The position numbers and the translations under genes are program-made. Source: Rebecca billardiae RCC1528 (taxonomy: Eukaryota; Protista; Haptophyta). Taken from it: a stretch of 64,000 nt of DNA. Positions within the stretch are counted from its first letter, which is position 1, and the number at the start of each line of letters is the position of its first letter. The stretch covers positions 4,836,001-4,900,000 of the forward strand of contig OZ251222.1 in assembly GCA_965240325.2 (NCBI GenBank). The letters run 5' to 3'. This document shows positions 12,601-24,288 of the stretch, one piece after another. A model generated the notes under the pieces. That model did no database searches, was not told the DNA's origin, and worked only from the letters and a program-made list of their open reading frames with translations.

Positions 12601-14498
12601 ACGCTCTGCTCGACCTGGCGCCCACGAGCGCGCACCCGCACGCGCACGCGCACGCGCACCCGCACCCGCACGCGCACGCGCACGCGCACGCGCACGCGCA
12701 CGCGCCGCACGCGGCGGCCGCGGCCGCCGCGGGGTGCGTCGGCGCTGTGGGCAGCGCCGCGGACGCGGTCGCGCTCGCGGGCGGCGCGGCGCCGGCGGGC
12801 GGCGGCGGCGCGGCGGGCGGCGCCGCGCTGACCGGCTCGTCCGCGACCGGCGGCGGCGGCGGCGCGCCCGCCGCGCCGCCGCCGCGGCCGCCGAGCACGA
12901 CGGTGCGCACAAAGACGCGGCCGACCGACGTCGTGCCCGCGGGCACGCGCGTGCTGATCCGCGCGCAGAAGGAGGCGGGCAGGCTCGGCACGGTGCTCGG
13001 CACCTCGCACGGCTTCTACAAGGTGCGGCTCGAGGGCGACGAGGTCGAGGGGCGCACCCTCTCACTCTTCCGCAAGAAGTTCTTTGTGGTCGGGCCGGAC
13101 GGGCAGCCGCTGCCCGAGGAGCTGTGCCCCGCCGCCGCGTCCGCGCCGTCCAGCCTGGTGCAGCTGCCCAACATCGCGGCGGGCGACGCGGTGTGCGTGA
13201 CCGACGGGCAGCACCGCGGGCGCAGCGGCGTGGTGCTCGGCATGTCGCACGGGTACGTGCAGGTGCGCATGGACGACGAGCCGACCAAGGTGATCAACAC
13301 CTTCCGCAAGAAGCTCTCCCTGCTGCGCAAGGCGGAGGAGGAGGGCGCGGACGCGGGGCCGCCGCAGCCGCAGCAGACGCCGCCGCAGCCGCAGCAGCCG
13401 CACGCGCCCGCCGCCGTGGGCGCGGGTGCGGCGTGCGCGGCGCAGGGGCAGCACGGCGCGCACGCGAGCGCGCCCGCGCCCGGCTGCGGCTGCAGTAGCC
13501 CGGGCAGCGGCGCGGCCGCCGCCGCGGCCGCCGACGACGTGCTCGGCTTCAAGGCGGAGGACGCGACGGCGTCCGCCACCGCCGACGCGATCGCCGACGC
13601 CGCCGTCGCCGCCGCCGCCGCCGCCGAGGCCACCACCTCGCTCTCCGCCGCCGAGCTCGAGCTGCCGCTCGTCTTCAGCGCGGTGATCGACGCGGCCGCG
13701 CTCGAGGCGGAGGACGAGGGCGAGCACGCGATCGGCGCCTCGCTGCTGCGCGTGGAGCAGCAGTGCCTGGACGACGCGGCGGCGGCGGCGGTCGCGGCGG
13801 CGGGCGGCGCGCTGGTCGGCGGCGCCGAGCCGCCGCTCGCGCGCGCGCCGAGCGGCGGCAGCGGCGCGGGCCGGCGGCTCTCGCGCGGCTCGGAGGTGGT
13901 GGGCGCGGGCACGCGCGTGCTCGTGTGCGCGCCCAAGGACGCGGGCAAGCTCGGCACGGTGCTCGGCACGTCGCACGGCTTCTACAAGGTGCAGCTCGAC
14001 GGCGAGGACGGGCGCGTGCTCTCCCTCTTCCGGCGCAAGTTCTGGCTGCTCGGCGCCGACGGCAAGCCGCTCGCGGACGACCCGGCGCACTCGGCGGCGG
14101 GCGCGCCCGCCGCGCAGCTGCCGCTGATCACGAGCGGCGACTCGGTCGTGGTGACGGGCGGGCAGTGCCAGGGGCGCAGCGGCGTGGTGCTCGGCATGTC
14201 GCACGGGTACGTGCAGGTGCGGATGGACGACGAGCCGACCAAGGTGATCAACACCTTCCGCAAGAAGCTCTCCCTGCTGCGCAAGGGGCAGGACGAGGGC
14301 GGCGGCGGCGGCCGGCATCCGCGCGGCGGCGGCGGCCGCGGCGGGTGCGGCGGGTGCGGCGCGCGCGGCGGGTGCGGGTGCGGCGGCTCGCTACTCTCGC
14401 TCTCCGCGCTGGGCGAGGCGGAGGGCGGCGGGCCGGGGATGGCGGGCGCGCCGCTCGGCGCCTTCGCGTACGGCGCGGACGACATGGGCGCGCACGCG

Positions 14499-14529
<31 letters not shown>

Positions 14530-15416
14530 CGTGCGGGCGGCGCGGCGTCGTGCGGCGCATCGACGGCACGGCGGTCGGGCTCGACGGCCGGCCGCTCGAC
14601 CCGCTGGACGCGCTGGGCGCGGCGTGCCCGAGCGTGCACCTCCCGTTCGGCACCGCCGTGCGCATCCGCGGCGGCATGCACCGCGGCTCGCCCGGCGTCG
14701 TCGTCGGCTCGTGCGCGGGCGGCTGCTACCGCGTGCGCGTGGAGGAGCGCGTGGGGGAGGAGCAGCACGCGTGCGAGGGGCTGCTGCTCACGCTGCACCG
14801 GCGCCAGCTCGAGCCCGAGGGCGAGCTCGGCTTCGAGGGGGCGGCGTGCGCGCACGAGGAGATGCCGGGGCACGGGCTGGGCATCGGCATGGGCCCCGCG
14901 CTGCTGCCGCACGCCGGCGGCGCGCACGGCGCCGCCCACGACGCCGCCGACGCCTCCGAGCTGATCGGCGCCCCGCTCGACACGTACGCGGCGCCGGCCG
15001 CGCGGCACGGCGCCGGCTGCGGCGACGGCGCCGACCACCACGGGCACGCGCACCCCCACGCGGGGCTTGGCGCGCTGGAGCACCTGGGGCACCACGGGCT
15101 GGGCGAGGCGCACCCGCCGCTCTCGCACGCGCTCGGCGCGCTCGACGGCGTCGGCAGCGCGGCCGACGTGTCCGTGCCGCCGCTCGACGCGCTGCCCGCG
15201 CCCGCGGGCGGCTGCTCGCACCTCGGCGCGCGCGCCCACCACCACCACGGGCTCGGCCCGCCTGGGCCGATCGCCGCCTCGCCCTCGACCGACTTTCTGG
15301 CGGTCGCGCCGCTCACGCTCTCGCACGTGCCGCTCGGGCTGGGCGACGAGGCCCTCGACGTCGTGCAGTCGCCGCAGCCCAACGCGGAGGACGCGGCCGC
15401 GGCGATGCTCGCCTGA
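5036..15416 (+). CDS. Large chromatin protein (~3,377 aa): two chromodomains, AT-hook-like motif, HTH, five KOW/SH3-like barrels; exons 5036-9776, 9888-10486, 10623-15416
   Basis: VFTAERIEGRR..QYLVKWQGYGAAENTWEPEANI; second chromo YLVRW..DSTWEEGANL; PRGRPK; introns 9777-9887 and 10487-10622 (GTGCGC..GGCTCAC..CAG), the second joining ORFs 4943-10729 and 9777-15416 in phase 0. Confidence 0.8.
11090..11630 (+). repeat. Coding minisatellite (PQPA/PQLA repeats)
   Basis: Tandem gccgcagccggc / gccgcagctggc units. Confidence 0.8.
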
Positions 15417-15799
15417 GCAGCAAAGCACGCGCCGAGCGAGCGCGGGCGCACGCAGGCCGACTCGCTCCGTGATCACCGACCTTGTGCGCAACCCCACCTC
15501 AACACCGGCCTCTCCCGCCCGCTCGCAGCTGCGGGTGCCCGCCCCGACTGCCAGCCGTCATCACCCGAGCAGGTCTACTCGCTTCATCCCGCCTGCTCTT
15601 CCGTCTATCTAGATCTGACCTCGTCGGCGTCGTCAGGCGCCGCCGATCGATATCCCGCGTGCTGTCTGCTGCATGACGCGCTGCAGATGACCCGCGCAGA
15701 TGCCAGTCGCGCATCACACGGGCGCGCGCAGCATGACGTCATAATCACTGCATGTCAGCTAAGTATAGCTAGATAGCTAGAGTCTGACGATACGTACGT

Positions 15800-15857
15800 T
15801 ATTATATATTATCGATATACATATATATATCTATCTATCTATCTATCTATCTATCTA
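15800..15857. repeat. (TA)n/(TATC)n microsatellite island
   Basis: Direct reading. Confidence 0.9.
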
Positions 15858-16216
15858 CTACTGCTGCCAAGCAGCGCGCATAACCCATTCACCCAGCAGG
15901 GCAGACGAGGTCCTCAGATGCCGAACAGCTAGCGCGGCCATGTTGCACCCCGGCCAATGCACCCCGCGCCGCCCGCGTGGACTGAGACTACACCGATTAC
16001 ACCGAACTCGAAGCGGCGAAGGCGGCGCCGCGGGCTGAAGCCGCCGCAGCAACAAAATGTAGTCCGCACCGTGCGGCTGCAATTGCGGGCGGAGAGCGCG
16101 GGGAGTGGACTCGGCGTCGGTTTCTGAGCTCGCGTTCGATGCTCGCGTATTCTCGGAGGAGGAGGAGATGCAACCTCACGAGCTCAGGCCTCCGATCCTC
16201 CCGCGGCTGACATCGG

Positions 16217-16396
16217 TCACATCGCAACCTCCTCCTCCTCTTCCTCCGCAGCCGGCTGCTTCTCCGACTTGTTCCAGCCCTCATCCCACGCCTGGGCGGG
16301 GCCGGGTGCCTTGATGTGCACCATGGCCTTCTCGATGTCGCACCCGAGGTCCTCCGTGAACTCGAGGGGCGTGAGCTGGAAAAGGTCCATCGTCAT
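16217..16396 (-). CDS. Putative 59-aa acidic micropeptide (below the ORF-track cutoff)
   Basis: MTMDLFQLTPLEFTEDLGCDIEKAMVHIKAPGPAQAWDEGWNKSEKQPAAEEEEEEVAM*; strong C/G third-position bias like neighbouring genes. Confidence 0.5.
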   Translation of the reverse strand: MTMDLFQLTPLEFTEDLGCDIEKAMVHIKAPGPAQAWDEGWNKSEKQPAAEEEEEEVAM

Positions 16397-16894
16397 CGTC
16401 GCGCGGCTTGCTTGTCGCTTGAACCGCGACGAAGGGGGAAGGATGGGTACTGTCCGTCCGCGGTATTCGCGGGGGAATCGGTGATTTTCCGCGCCCTTAA
16501 CAGTTTGCTAAGAATAAGAGACGCACACAGCTCAGGCAGGCGAGATACAGTATCATAGATTAGGCGGTAGCGGGCGAAGGTTCGTCGATGAATCTCGGGA
16601 CGAATCGCCGGCCGGCCCGGCCACTCACGCCTGCTCAGTGGTGAGCAGTGCGATCACACCCCGTAGCTGAGCCACCGCCCGCCATCCGAGTCGCGGCAGA
16701 GTCATCGTCATCATTGTCAGGCCTGGCCCTGGCGCGGCTCCTGCGCGCGCGCACTGACGAGTGCCGAGCGCATTCGCGTGGCGTGGTCTGCGGCGCCGCG
16801 TCGGCGCGCGCGCGCCCGTGCGCCCGCGCCCGCATGATCGCGCCGCTTCCCCCCGCGCGCGTGCGCGCGTGCACCGGGTGCGTCGGCGGCCGCA

Positions 16895-19509
16895 TCAGAT
16901 GCGGTGCAGGTACTCCATGCCGAGCAGCTCGAAGCAGGTGCGCATCACGTTGAGGCCCGCGCAGCACAGCATCAGCCGGCTCGGCGTCTGCGGCACGCCG
17001 ATCACGCGGCACTCGCGCACGAACACGTTCAGCTTGGCGCTCATGTCGTACAGGTACTCGCACAGCACGCTGGGGCACAGCTCACGCAGCACGTCCTCCA
17101 CGCGGTCGGGGAAGCGCACGACCGCAGCGCCGAAGGCGAGCTCGGCGGGGTGGGTCAGCGCGATGGGCGTGCGCGCTGCGACCAGCGCGTCCACGTCCAC
17201 GCCCGCCTTGGCGACGATCGAGCACACGCGCGCGTGCGCGTAGATGAGGTACACGGCCGTGTTGCCCGTGAGCGCGAGCATCCGCTCGTACGAGAACGTG
17301 TAGTTGGAGATGCGGTTCGACTTGAGGTCGGCGTACTTGACGGCGGAGTAGCCGAGCACCTCGGCGGCGCGCTCGAGCTCCGCCTCGGACGCGGACGTGA
17401 GGAAGGACGTGTTGCCGCCGATCTCGGACGCGTCCGCGGGCTCGGCCTCGGCGCCGGGCGCGCCGCCCGCCGCGCGCGCGTCCTTGGCGCGCGCCTCGGC
17501 CACGCGCTCCTTGAAGGAGGCGAGCGTGCGCTGCTTCGCCTCGTCCAGCAGGTCGACGAGGCGCACGACCTCGCCGGAGCGCGTCTTGAAGCGCTTGCCG
17601 TCCTCGCCGCACACCAGCCCAAACTGCACGTGCTGCAGCCGCGTGTGCGGGCTGGGGGCAGGGCGGGGGCGAGGGGGAGGGCGGGGGCGAGGGCTGAGCG
17701 CGCGAGACGGGCGGCCTCTGGCCTCTGCCCCTGCCCCTGCCCCTGCGCGCACCGCGCACCGCGCACCCCGGCGCCACGCGCGTGCGTGCGCGCTGCGCGC
17801 GGCGCGGGCTTCGACTCACCGCGTCCACCCCGCGTTCCGTGCCGCGTCGAAGATGAGGTCAAAGTGCGGCCCCTGCCCCGCGTCCACCACGTAGATGAGC
17901 CAGTCCGCGCGCCGCTCGCACAGCCGGTACCACGCGGCGGCGAGGTCGGTCGAGTCGTAGTTGAAGCCGCCGTCCGACTTGACGACGATGAGCGGGATCG
18001 GGTGCTTGGACTGCGGCGGGAAGATCACCTGCGCGCCGCCCTCGGCCACGACCTGCCCCGCGCGCTGCAGCGACGCCACCACCGCGGGTATGTACCGGTT
18101 GTAGAAGGACTCGCCCACCTCTGTGAGCGTGATGCCCAGCCGGCGATACACCTTGGAGAACTCGGCGCGCGACGCGTCGCAGATCGCCTCCCAAGCGCGC
18201 CTCGACGTCGGCTCGCCCGCCTGCAGCCGCACGACGCTCGCCTGCGCCTCCGCCTTGAAGTCCTCCTCCGCGTCGAAGCGCAGCTTGGCCGCCTTGTAGA
18301 ACGCCTGCAGGTCGGCGATGGGCGGCGGGGGCGCGCCCTCCTCGGAGAAGAAGGCCGGGTGCTCCCGCTTCATGTGCGCGATCAGCATGCCAAACTGCGT
18401 GCCCCAGTCGCCCACGTGGTTGACCCGCTCCACCTCGTGCCCCGTGAACTCGAGCACGCGGCAGATCGTCTCGCCGATGATGGTGGAGCGCAGGTGGCCC
18501 ACGTGCATCTCCTTGGCCACGTTGGGCGAGGAGAAGTCCACCACCGCCTGCGCGTACGCGGCACGCGGGCGCCAACCCGGCCGTGTGGCCGGCCGAGTGG
18601 GCGCGCGCGCGCGTGAGGCGCCGCGGGGAGCGCGGCCGCACGCCGTGGCGCGTGCGGCGTGTGCGGCGCGTGCTTGCGTGCTTGCGTGCTTGCGTGCTTG
18701 CGTGCTTGCGTGCGTGCGTGCTTGCGTGCGCGCACCCTGCACGGCGTGAGCACAGGCGGCAGCGCGCCCTCGCACGCGAGCGCGAGCACGCGCGCCTCAA
18801 CCCACTCGCGGCGCAGGAAGATGTTGATGAAGCCGGGGCCGGCGATCTCGAGCTTGCTGATCATCCGCTCGCCCGCCGCGTCCTCCGCCGCCATCCGCTC
18901 CTTGAGCGCCTCCGCGACCGCGCGCGGCGAGGGCGGCGCGCCCGGCCGCCCCTTGAGACTCGCGTAGAGCGGAAGCGCGCCGTTGTTCTGGTACTCGCCG
19001 TGCTCGGGCTTGGTGGTCTCGGCGATGGGCACGCCCTTCGGCGGCTCGGACCCCGGGAACGCCGCCTGCTGCGCGCGCGCGCACATGGCCGAGAGCTGCC
19101 GCGCGAGCGCGCGCGCGCCGCACGCGCGCGAGCGAGAGTCAGCGCGCGCTCCGGCGCGGCGCATGCATGCGCCCGCGCGCGCGCCGCGCGCGCCGCAGCC
19201 GCGCGTCGAAGCAGGCCGCGCCGCGCGCAGCTCGCCCGGCCGGCACGTGAGGAGCGCGACGCGTCGCGCGCGCACCAGCGCCATGACGCCTGCTTGCTGC
19301 TTCGGCTTCGGGGGCGGCGCGGCCGCGCCGCCCGCGCCCGCGCCGCTCGCGCCCGCGCCGCCGGCGAGATAGCCCGCCATGAAGGCGGCGGCGTCGCTCG
19401 GGCGCTCGCGCGCGAGCGCGTTGAGCATCTCGCTCAGCCGAGGCTCGAGCTGGTGCTCCTCCACGTACTTGGCCACCTCCTCGCGCGTCGCCCCGTGCGT
19501 CGACGACAT
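16895..19509 (-). CDS. RARS1: Arginyl-tRNA synthetase (692 aa) with N-terminal Dpy-30/RIIa-like domain; exons 19509-19276, 19095-18736, 18547-17820, 17651-16895
   Basis: VVDFSSPNVAKEMHVGHLRS (HIGH), NHVGDWGTQFG, GKRFKTRSGE (KMSKS equivalent), GNTAVYLIYAHAR, AGPGFINI; three GT-AG introns restore one frame. Confidence 0.95.
18668..18730. repeat. Intronic 8-bp tandem repeat (GCTTGCGT)n
   Basis: Direct reading, in ArgRS intron 2. Confidence 0.85.
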
Positions 19510-19701
19510 GTCGTCCGCGGGACTGGCACGATGGCGACGACTGCGTCCGCGTGGCCGCGACCCCAGCTTTCCCTTGTCCCAGCTCTTTTTATTTCGCAGC
19601 AGGCCGGTTCCGCGCGTCCTGCGCCCGGACCGCCCGTCCCGGACCCGGACCGGGCGTCAAGGTTGCAGCAGCATCAGCCAACGACGCGGACTGGAGCAGC
19701 G

Positions 19702-21170
19702 ATGCCGCTCCTCTCCAACGATGAGGCGCGCGCGCCGAGCGCGCCGCGCTCGCGCACTGCCCCCCCGCCCGTCGCCCCGCCCACACGCCTCGCCCCGTGC
19801 ACGCGCGCCGTGCCCACCAGCTCGCGTCGGTGTACGGCAGCACACTGGGCGCGCTGCGCGCGGCCGGGCCGTCGGCGTCCGTCGCCACGGCGCCGTTCGA
19901 CGGCCCGCTGGTGAACGAGGAGTCGTTCTGGGAGCTCGAGGCGGAGGCGCCGGTGCTGCGCCGTAACGACGACCTGCTCAAGTCCCCGGCGCGCGGCGGC
20001 TCCGAGGCGGCCCTCGCGCGCGCCGCCCGCTGGGTGGAGATGACGGGCGCGGCCGAGGAGGCGCCGCCCGCTGGCGGCTGCTCCGACCCGGCGGCGCTGC
20101 GCATCTTCGAGCGCGACGCGGAGCGCACGTTCATGACGAACGGACATCGCGCCGGCATGATCGGCACGCTCAAGCTCGTGTGGCCCGACAACAAGGACTA
20201 CCACCAGGTGCGCACGCGCGCTTGCGGCCACGCGCGGCGGCAGCGGCCACGGGCTGCGGCCGCGGCGCCGCCGCCGCCGCCGCGCTCGCAGCGAGCGCGA
20301 GCGCGGCGGCCGGGCTCACGCACGCGCGGCGCGGCGCGCGCGGTGCGTCCGCGGGGCAGGGCCTGGGCTACGTGTACTCCTTCCTGCGCCTGCTGCTGCC
20401 CGAGCCCGCGGTCGTGCAGCTGCTGCTGCGGCTCAACCGCTCGGAGCGGTACCTCAAGGGGTACTGGTGAGGAGCTGAGAAGCGCGCGCACGCCAGCGGC
20501 GCGGAGCGCGCGCTGGCGCGCGGCACGGCGCGGCGCGCGCAGCCGACGCGCACGCCGCCGTGCCGGCCCCCGCCGCGCGCGCGCGCCGCCGCCCAGGTTC
20601 GCCGCGCCGCAGCCGTACGTGCGCGACGCGATGGTGTTCAGCCGTCTGCTCGCGCTGCACTTCCCCGAGGTGGCCTCGCTGCTCGAGAAAGCGGGGATGG
20701 CGGCGGAGGCGTTCGCGTCCAAGTGGCTGGTGGGGCTGTGCCTGCACGTGCTGCCCTTCCGCGCGCTGCTCGAGTTCTACGACGGCTTCTTCGCCGAGGG
20801 CGCGGCGTTCCTCTTCAAGTTTGCGCTCTCGCTGGTGGGCGTGGTGCAGGGCAGGCTGCTCGCGTGCGCGCCCACCGACGCGTCGACCATCTTTGCGCTG
20901 CTGCGGCTCGACCCCGCGCACCTGCCGGACGGCGACGGCGCGCACGACGACATCGTCGCGGGCGCCAAGGCGTGGGACATCAGCGCGGAGACCATCGCCT
21001 CGCTGCGCGCGGAGGAGCAGGCCAAGCTCGACGCGAAGATGGCCAAGGTGCGCGCGGCAGAGGCCTCGATGGCCGCGCAGGACGAGTCGGACGACGAGAT
21101 CGTCTTCTCGGACGAGGAGGAGGACGAGGACCCGGAGGAGCGACTGCGCAAGCTGGCAGAGGCCAACTAG
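19702..21170 (+). CDS. TBC-domain Rab GTPase-activating protein; exons 19702-19725, 19821-20207, 20360-20466, 20597-21170
   Basis: IFERDAERTF (Arg finger), spliced YHQ|GLGY (Gln finger), FASKWLVGL; first intron inferred as GC-AG (less certain). Confidence 0.85.
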
Positions 21171-21602
21171 GCCACAGAGAGGCGGCGGGCCGAGCGCGGC
21201 CGCATGGTGCCTCGGATAGTTGCGGCGGCCGGTCGCGATGCTGCAGAATCTGAGCGGCATCATCACGCATCATCAGCGCCGCGATGAGCGTGCCGCGCGC
21301 GTGCGGCCGCACTGACTGCGTGACCCCACCGGGGCCAGGTCATTTCAGGCGATCGAATATTGACATCCCGAAGTTTGACGGAGCCTCACTCTCAAGACGA
21401 CATCATAAAGAAATAATAATATATTTATAATAATATAATTATTGGATTTTGGGCCGGACTCCCGAGAGGGCGGCACTCACTCGGACCACTACACAGTACA
21501 CTCTCCGCCGCGGGCTTGACGGGCCACACGCCCACCCGCGGGTGGAGCAGTGACTAGGAGCAGTCCGTGACGGGGCTGACGACGGCCCTACTCTATATAT
21601 AT

Positions 21603-23647
21603 CACAGTGAACAAAAACGGGATTATCGTTACCGTAACCCGTCCGACACGAGCCGATTTTCGGGGAATTTCTCGCGCGGGCCGCACGAGCGCACAGACGG
21701 CGCTACGGTGGTCGCGCAGGCGCCTGGCGAGTGCCCCGGGCATGGGACTGCAACATCCCACCCAGCCTCCCCACCCCTCCGCCCCTCTCTGCCTCGCCGG
21801 GTTGCACGCGGCTGGCCGGTCACGTAGCTCGTGGTGAACCATTCGTGAGCGTGGAGCCCTGCTGCTCAGTGCGGCGATGCAGCGAGGCGAAGCGGCGCGT
21901 AAGATGGCGCATCTTACTCCGAATGCAGTCTGCTACCAGCACAGCCGCCCTCGCCGGAGTGCCTGGTCGTCACCTTCGTCGTGTGCACGTGTCGCGCGCT
22001 GCCCATCAACGAGCGATCGTAAGCCTTCTCCGGAGCCATTCAAACACGCTCGTCCTCGACGATGCGTGCGCGAGGCACCGCGCGAGCGCGGGAGCGGCCC
22101 TTCCTAGCGTAGACCTGCACGGCCATCCACCTCGCCACAGCCTGCCATGTCACACTCCTCCCCACACACACTGCTCGCGTGCCGCGTGCCGGCCGGTCGA
22201 CTAGCCAGACAGAAGGGTGCACAGATATTTTCGACTGCGAGGAGACGGCGGCGAGCACAGGCGCGCAGCGCCGTCCCGCGCTTCATTGAGATGTTCTAGA
22301 CCAGTCGCGCGCCCGCGGCACCGCACCCGCCCTCTCCGCGTCGCGTGCCACTCCACACCGCGCGCGTGGCTCTCGACGTGTACGTCGAGGCCATCTTGCG
22401 GCCGATTCGTACCCGCATGTATTCAACAAATACGACAAATCGCCGAGCGCTGAACGCACCTCGTCGCGCGATGGCATGGTCGCGCTGTTGGACGTCGCTC
22501 GCCGCAGGAAAATCGGTACGCGACGAGAGCACGGCGCACGCGCACGGCGCGGCGTGGGAGGCGGGGCGGTGGTGTCCTCGAGCCATCCCGCCCACGCCGC
22601 GGTGCGCCAGCCGCCACCTCGCCGCGCCGTGGCCCATGCCGCGCGGCAGATGTCGACCAGACCGACCTTGCCGCCCAAAAGAGGGCCGCACCGGAAATTC
22701 TGTATTTGTTGAATACGGACTTACCCATGTGCCCGCGGTGCGGCGGCGCCCGCGGCGGCGGCATGGCGCGGCGGCGGCGGCGCGGGCAGCCTGACGGGCC
22801 AGATAGGGCGCGCCAGGTCGGGGCGATCGTGATGGGATGGTTCCATACGCATCAGTGCGTGCTCCTGTGCATCTCAAGAGCGCGCTGGGCGCCCTCTCTC
22901 GCGCCTATGCCCATCCCACGCGGTCTGAGAAGCCTCCCGGTTTGGCCATTGTCGTGCCGTGCTCGGTCGTGGCTGCCCGGCGGGTCGGAGAGGTCGAGGC
23001 GAGCCGGATCGTTCGCGACGGACGATGCCTATGGGTCATGGCGAGTGCCAGCACGCAGCTCGGGCGCGCGCCCGGCGCCTCCTCGCCGCGCTACATCCAC
23101 ACCAAGATCTGGCCCAAAACCAGGCTTCAAGAGCGAAACTCAGTCTGGGAGCTCCTCAGGCCGCTGTGTGCGGTTTGAAGGCGCGCAAACTTGTGGAGCG
23201 GGTGCCCACATGGGTTGAGCACAATGCGACGTTGCGTTTTTCCGCGACACACCACTTCCTCGCCTCTCCGCGCGCGTGCCGTGCGGCTCCCGTGAACTCA
23301 TCTTAACAGGTCACGTGTGGCCGCCCGTGGGGCGAGGGTGGGCGAGGAGGGGCGGGCGAGGGTGACGCCGCCCCGAGGAACCGCCTTGGCAAGCCGGCCG
23401 ACGCCTCGCAGCCCCCCTCGCGGCAGTCATGCGCGCACGCCCGCCGCTCGGAGCGCGCCATCGATTCGAATGGGCGTGCGCACGACCGACCATGCTCAAA
23501 CGGCTTCCGGCCCGATCTTTCTCCACTGTGCGCGGCGCGAAGTGCCGCGAAGTCGCGAACGGGGCATGAAAAAAATTCCAGCGCATCCCCACTGGGCGGA
23601 AGTGCGGACGGGTTACGGTAACGCCGAAAATCGATTTCTTTACTGTG
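21603..23647. mobile_element. Non-autonomous CAC..GTG DNA transposon (2,045 bp) inserted in (TA)n
   Basis: Termini CACAGT/ACTGTG; perfect 19-bp inverted repeat CGTTACCGTAACCCGTCCG at 21627-21645 and 23605-23623, each exactly 24 nt from its end; ATAT on both flanks; no convincing ORF. Confidence 0.8.
22419..22716. repeat. Nested 15-bp perfect inverted repeat (possible 298-bp MITE)
   Basis: GTATTCAACAAATAC at 22419-22433 and GTATTTGTTGAATAC at 22702-22716; no TSD seen. Confidence 0.55.
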
Positions 23648-23688
23648 ATATATATATATATAGCAGGGCTCTACATCAGCCGGCCGAT

Positions 23689-23756
23689 AGAGAGAGAGAG
23701 AGACAGAGAGAGACAGAGTGAGAGACAGAGAGAGCAGAGTCAGAGAGAGAGAGACT

Positions 23757-23794
<38 letters not shown>

Positions 23795-23805
23795 AGAGAG
23801 AGAGA
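23689..23805. repeat. Imperfect (GA)n microsatellite
   Basis: Direct reading. Confidence 0.9.
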
Positions 23806-24288
23806 ATGCAGTCGTCCGATCATCGCGCGTGTAATCGTCACTGAGCACTGCTGCATGATGCCGCCGCAGAAGTTCACTCACACAGACATGAGACAGCGCG
23901 CGCGCGGCGGTGGCGGCCGCCGCCGCGGCTGTAGCCTGTCGCGCCACCGGCGCGCGACGTTTCGCGCTGGCTTGAGGCTTCGTCGTCTGGAACTGACCAT
24001 CAGGCCGCCTGCTGGACATCTTGATGATCTTCGTCGTCGGTAATTGTAGCTGCGCTCCGCGTCCGCGCCGCGACTGTTTTGATCGCCGGCGGCGCCCTCT
24101 GACGAAACAGAGCTGCTAAAACTTAAAAGGCTGGCGGGATGCACCGAGTGAACGCGGGCCAACCGTCGCGGAGCGGAGGAGCGGCTCATGTCGCGATCAC
24201 GCCGCACGCGCACGGCGTCGTGCGCCCGGCCGTGCGAGCCGCGTGAGGGCGCGGTGCGTCAGACGCAGTGTCGCGAGGGAGCGCGACG

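Noticed and set aside
15734-15741. TGACGTCA CRE-like palindrome
   Set aside because: A single 8-mer downstream of a gene, expected by chance in 64 kb
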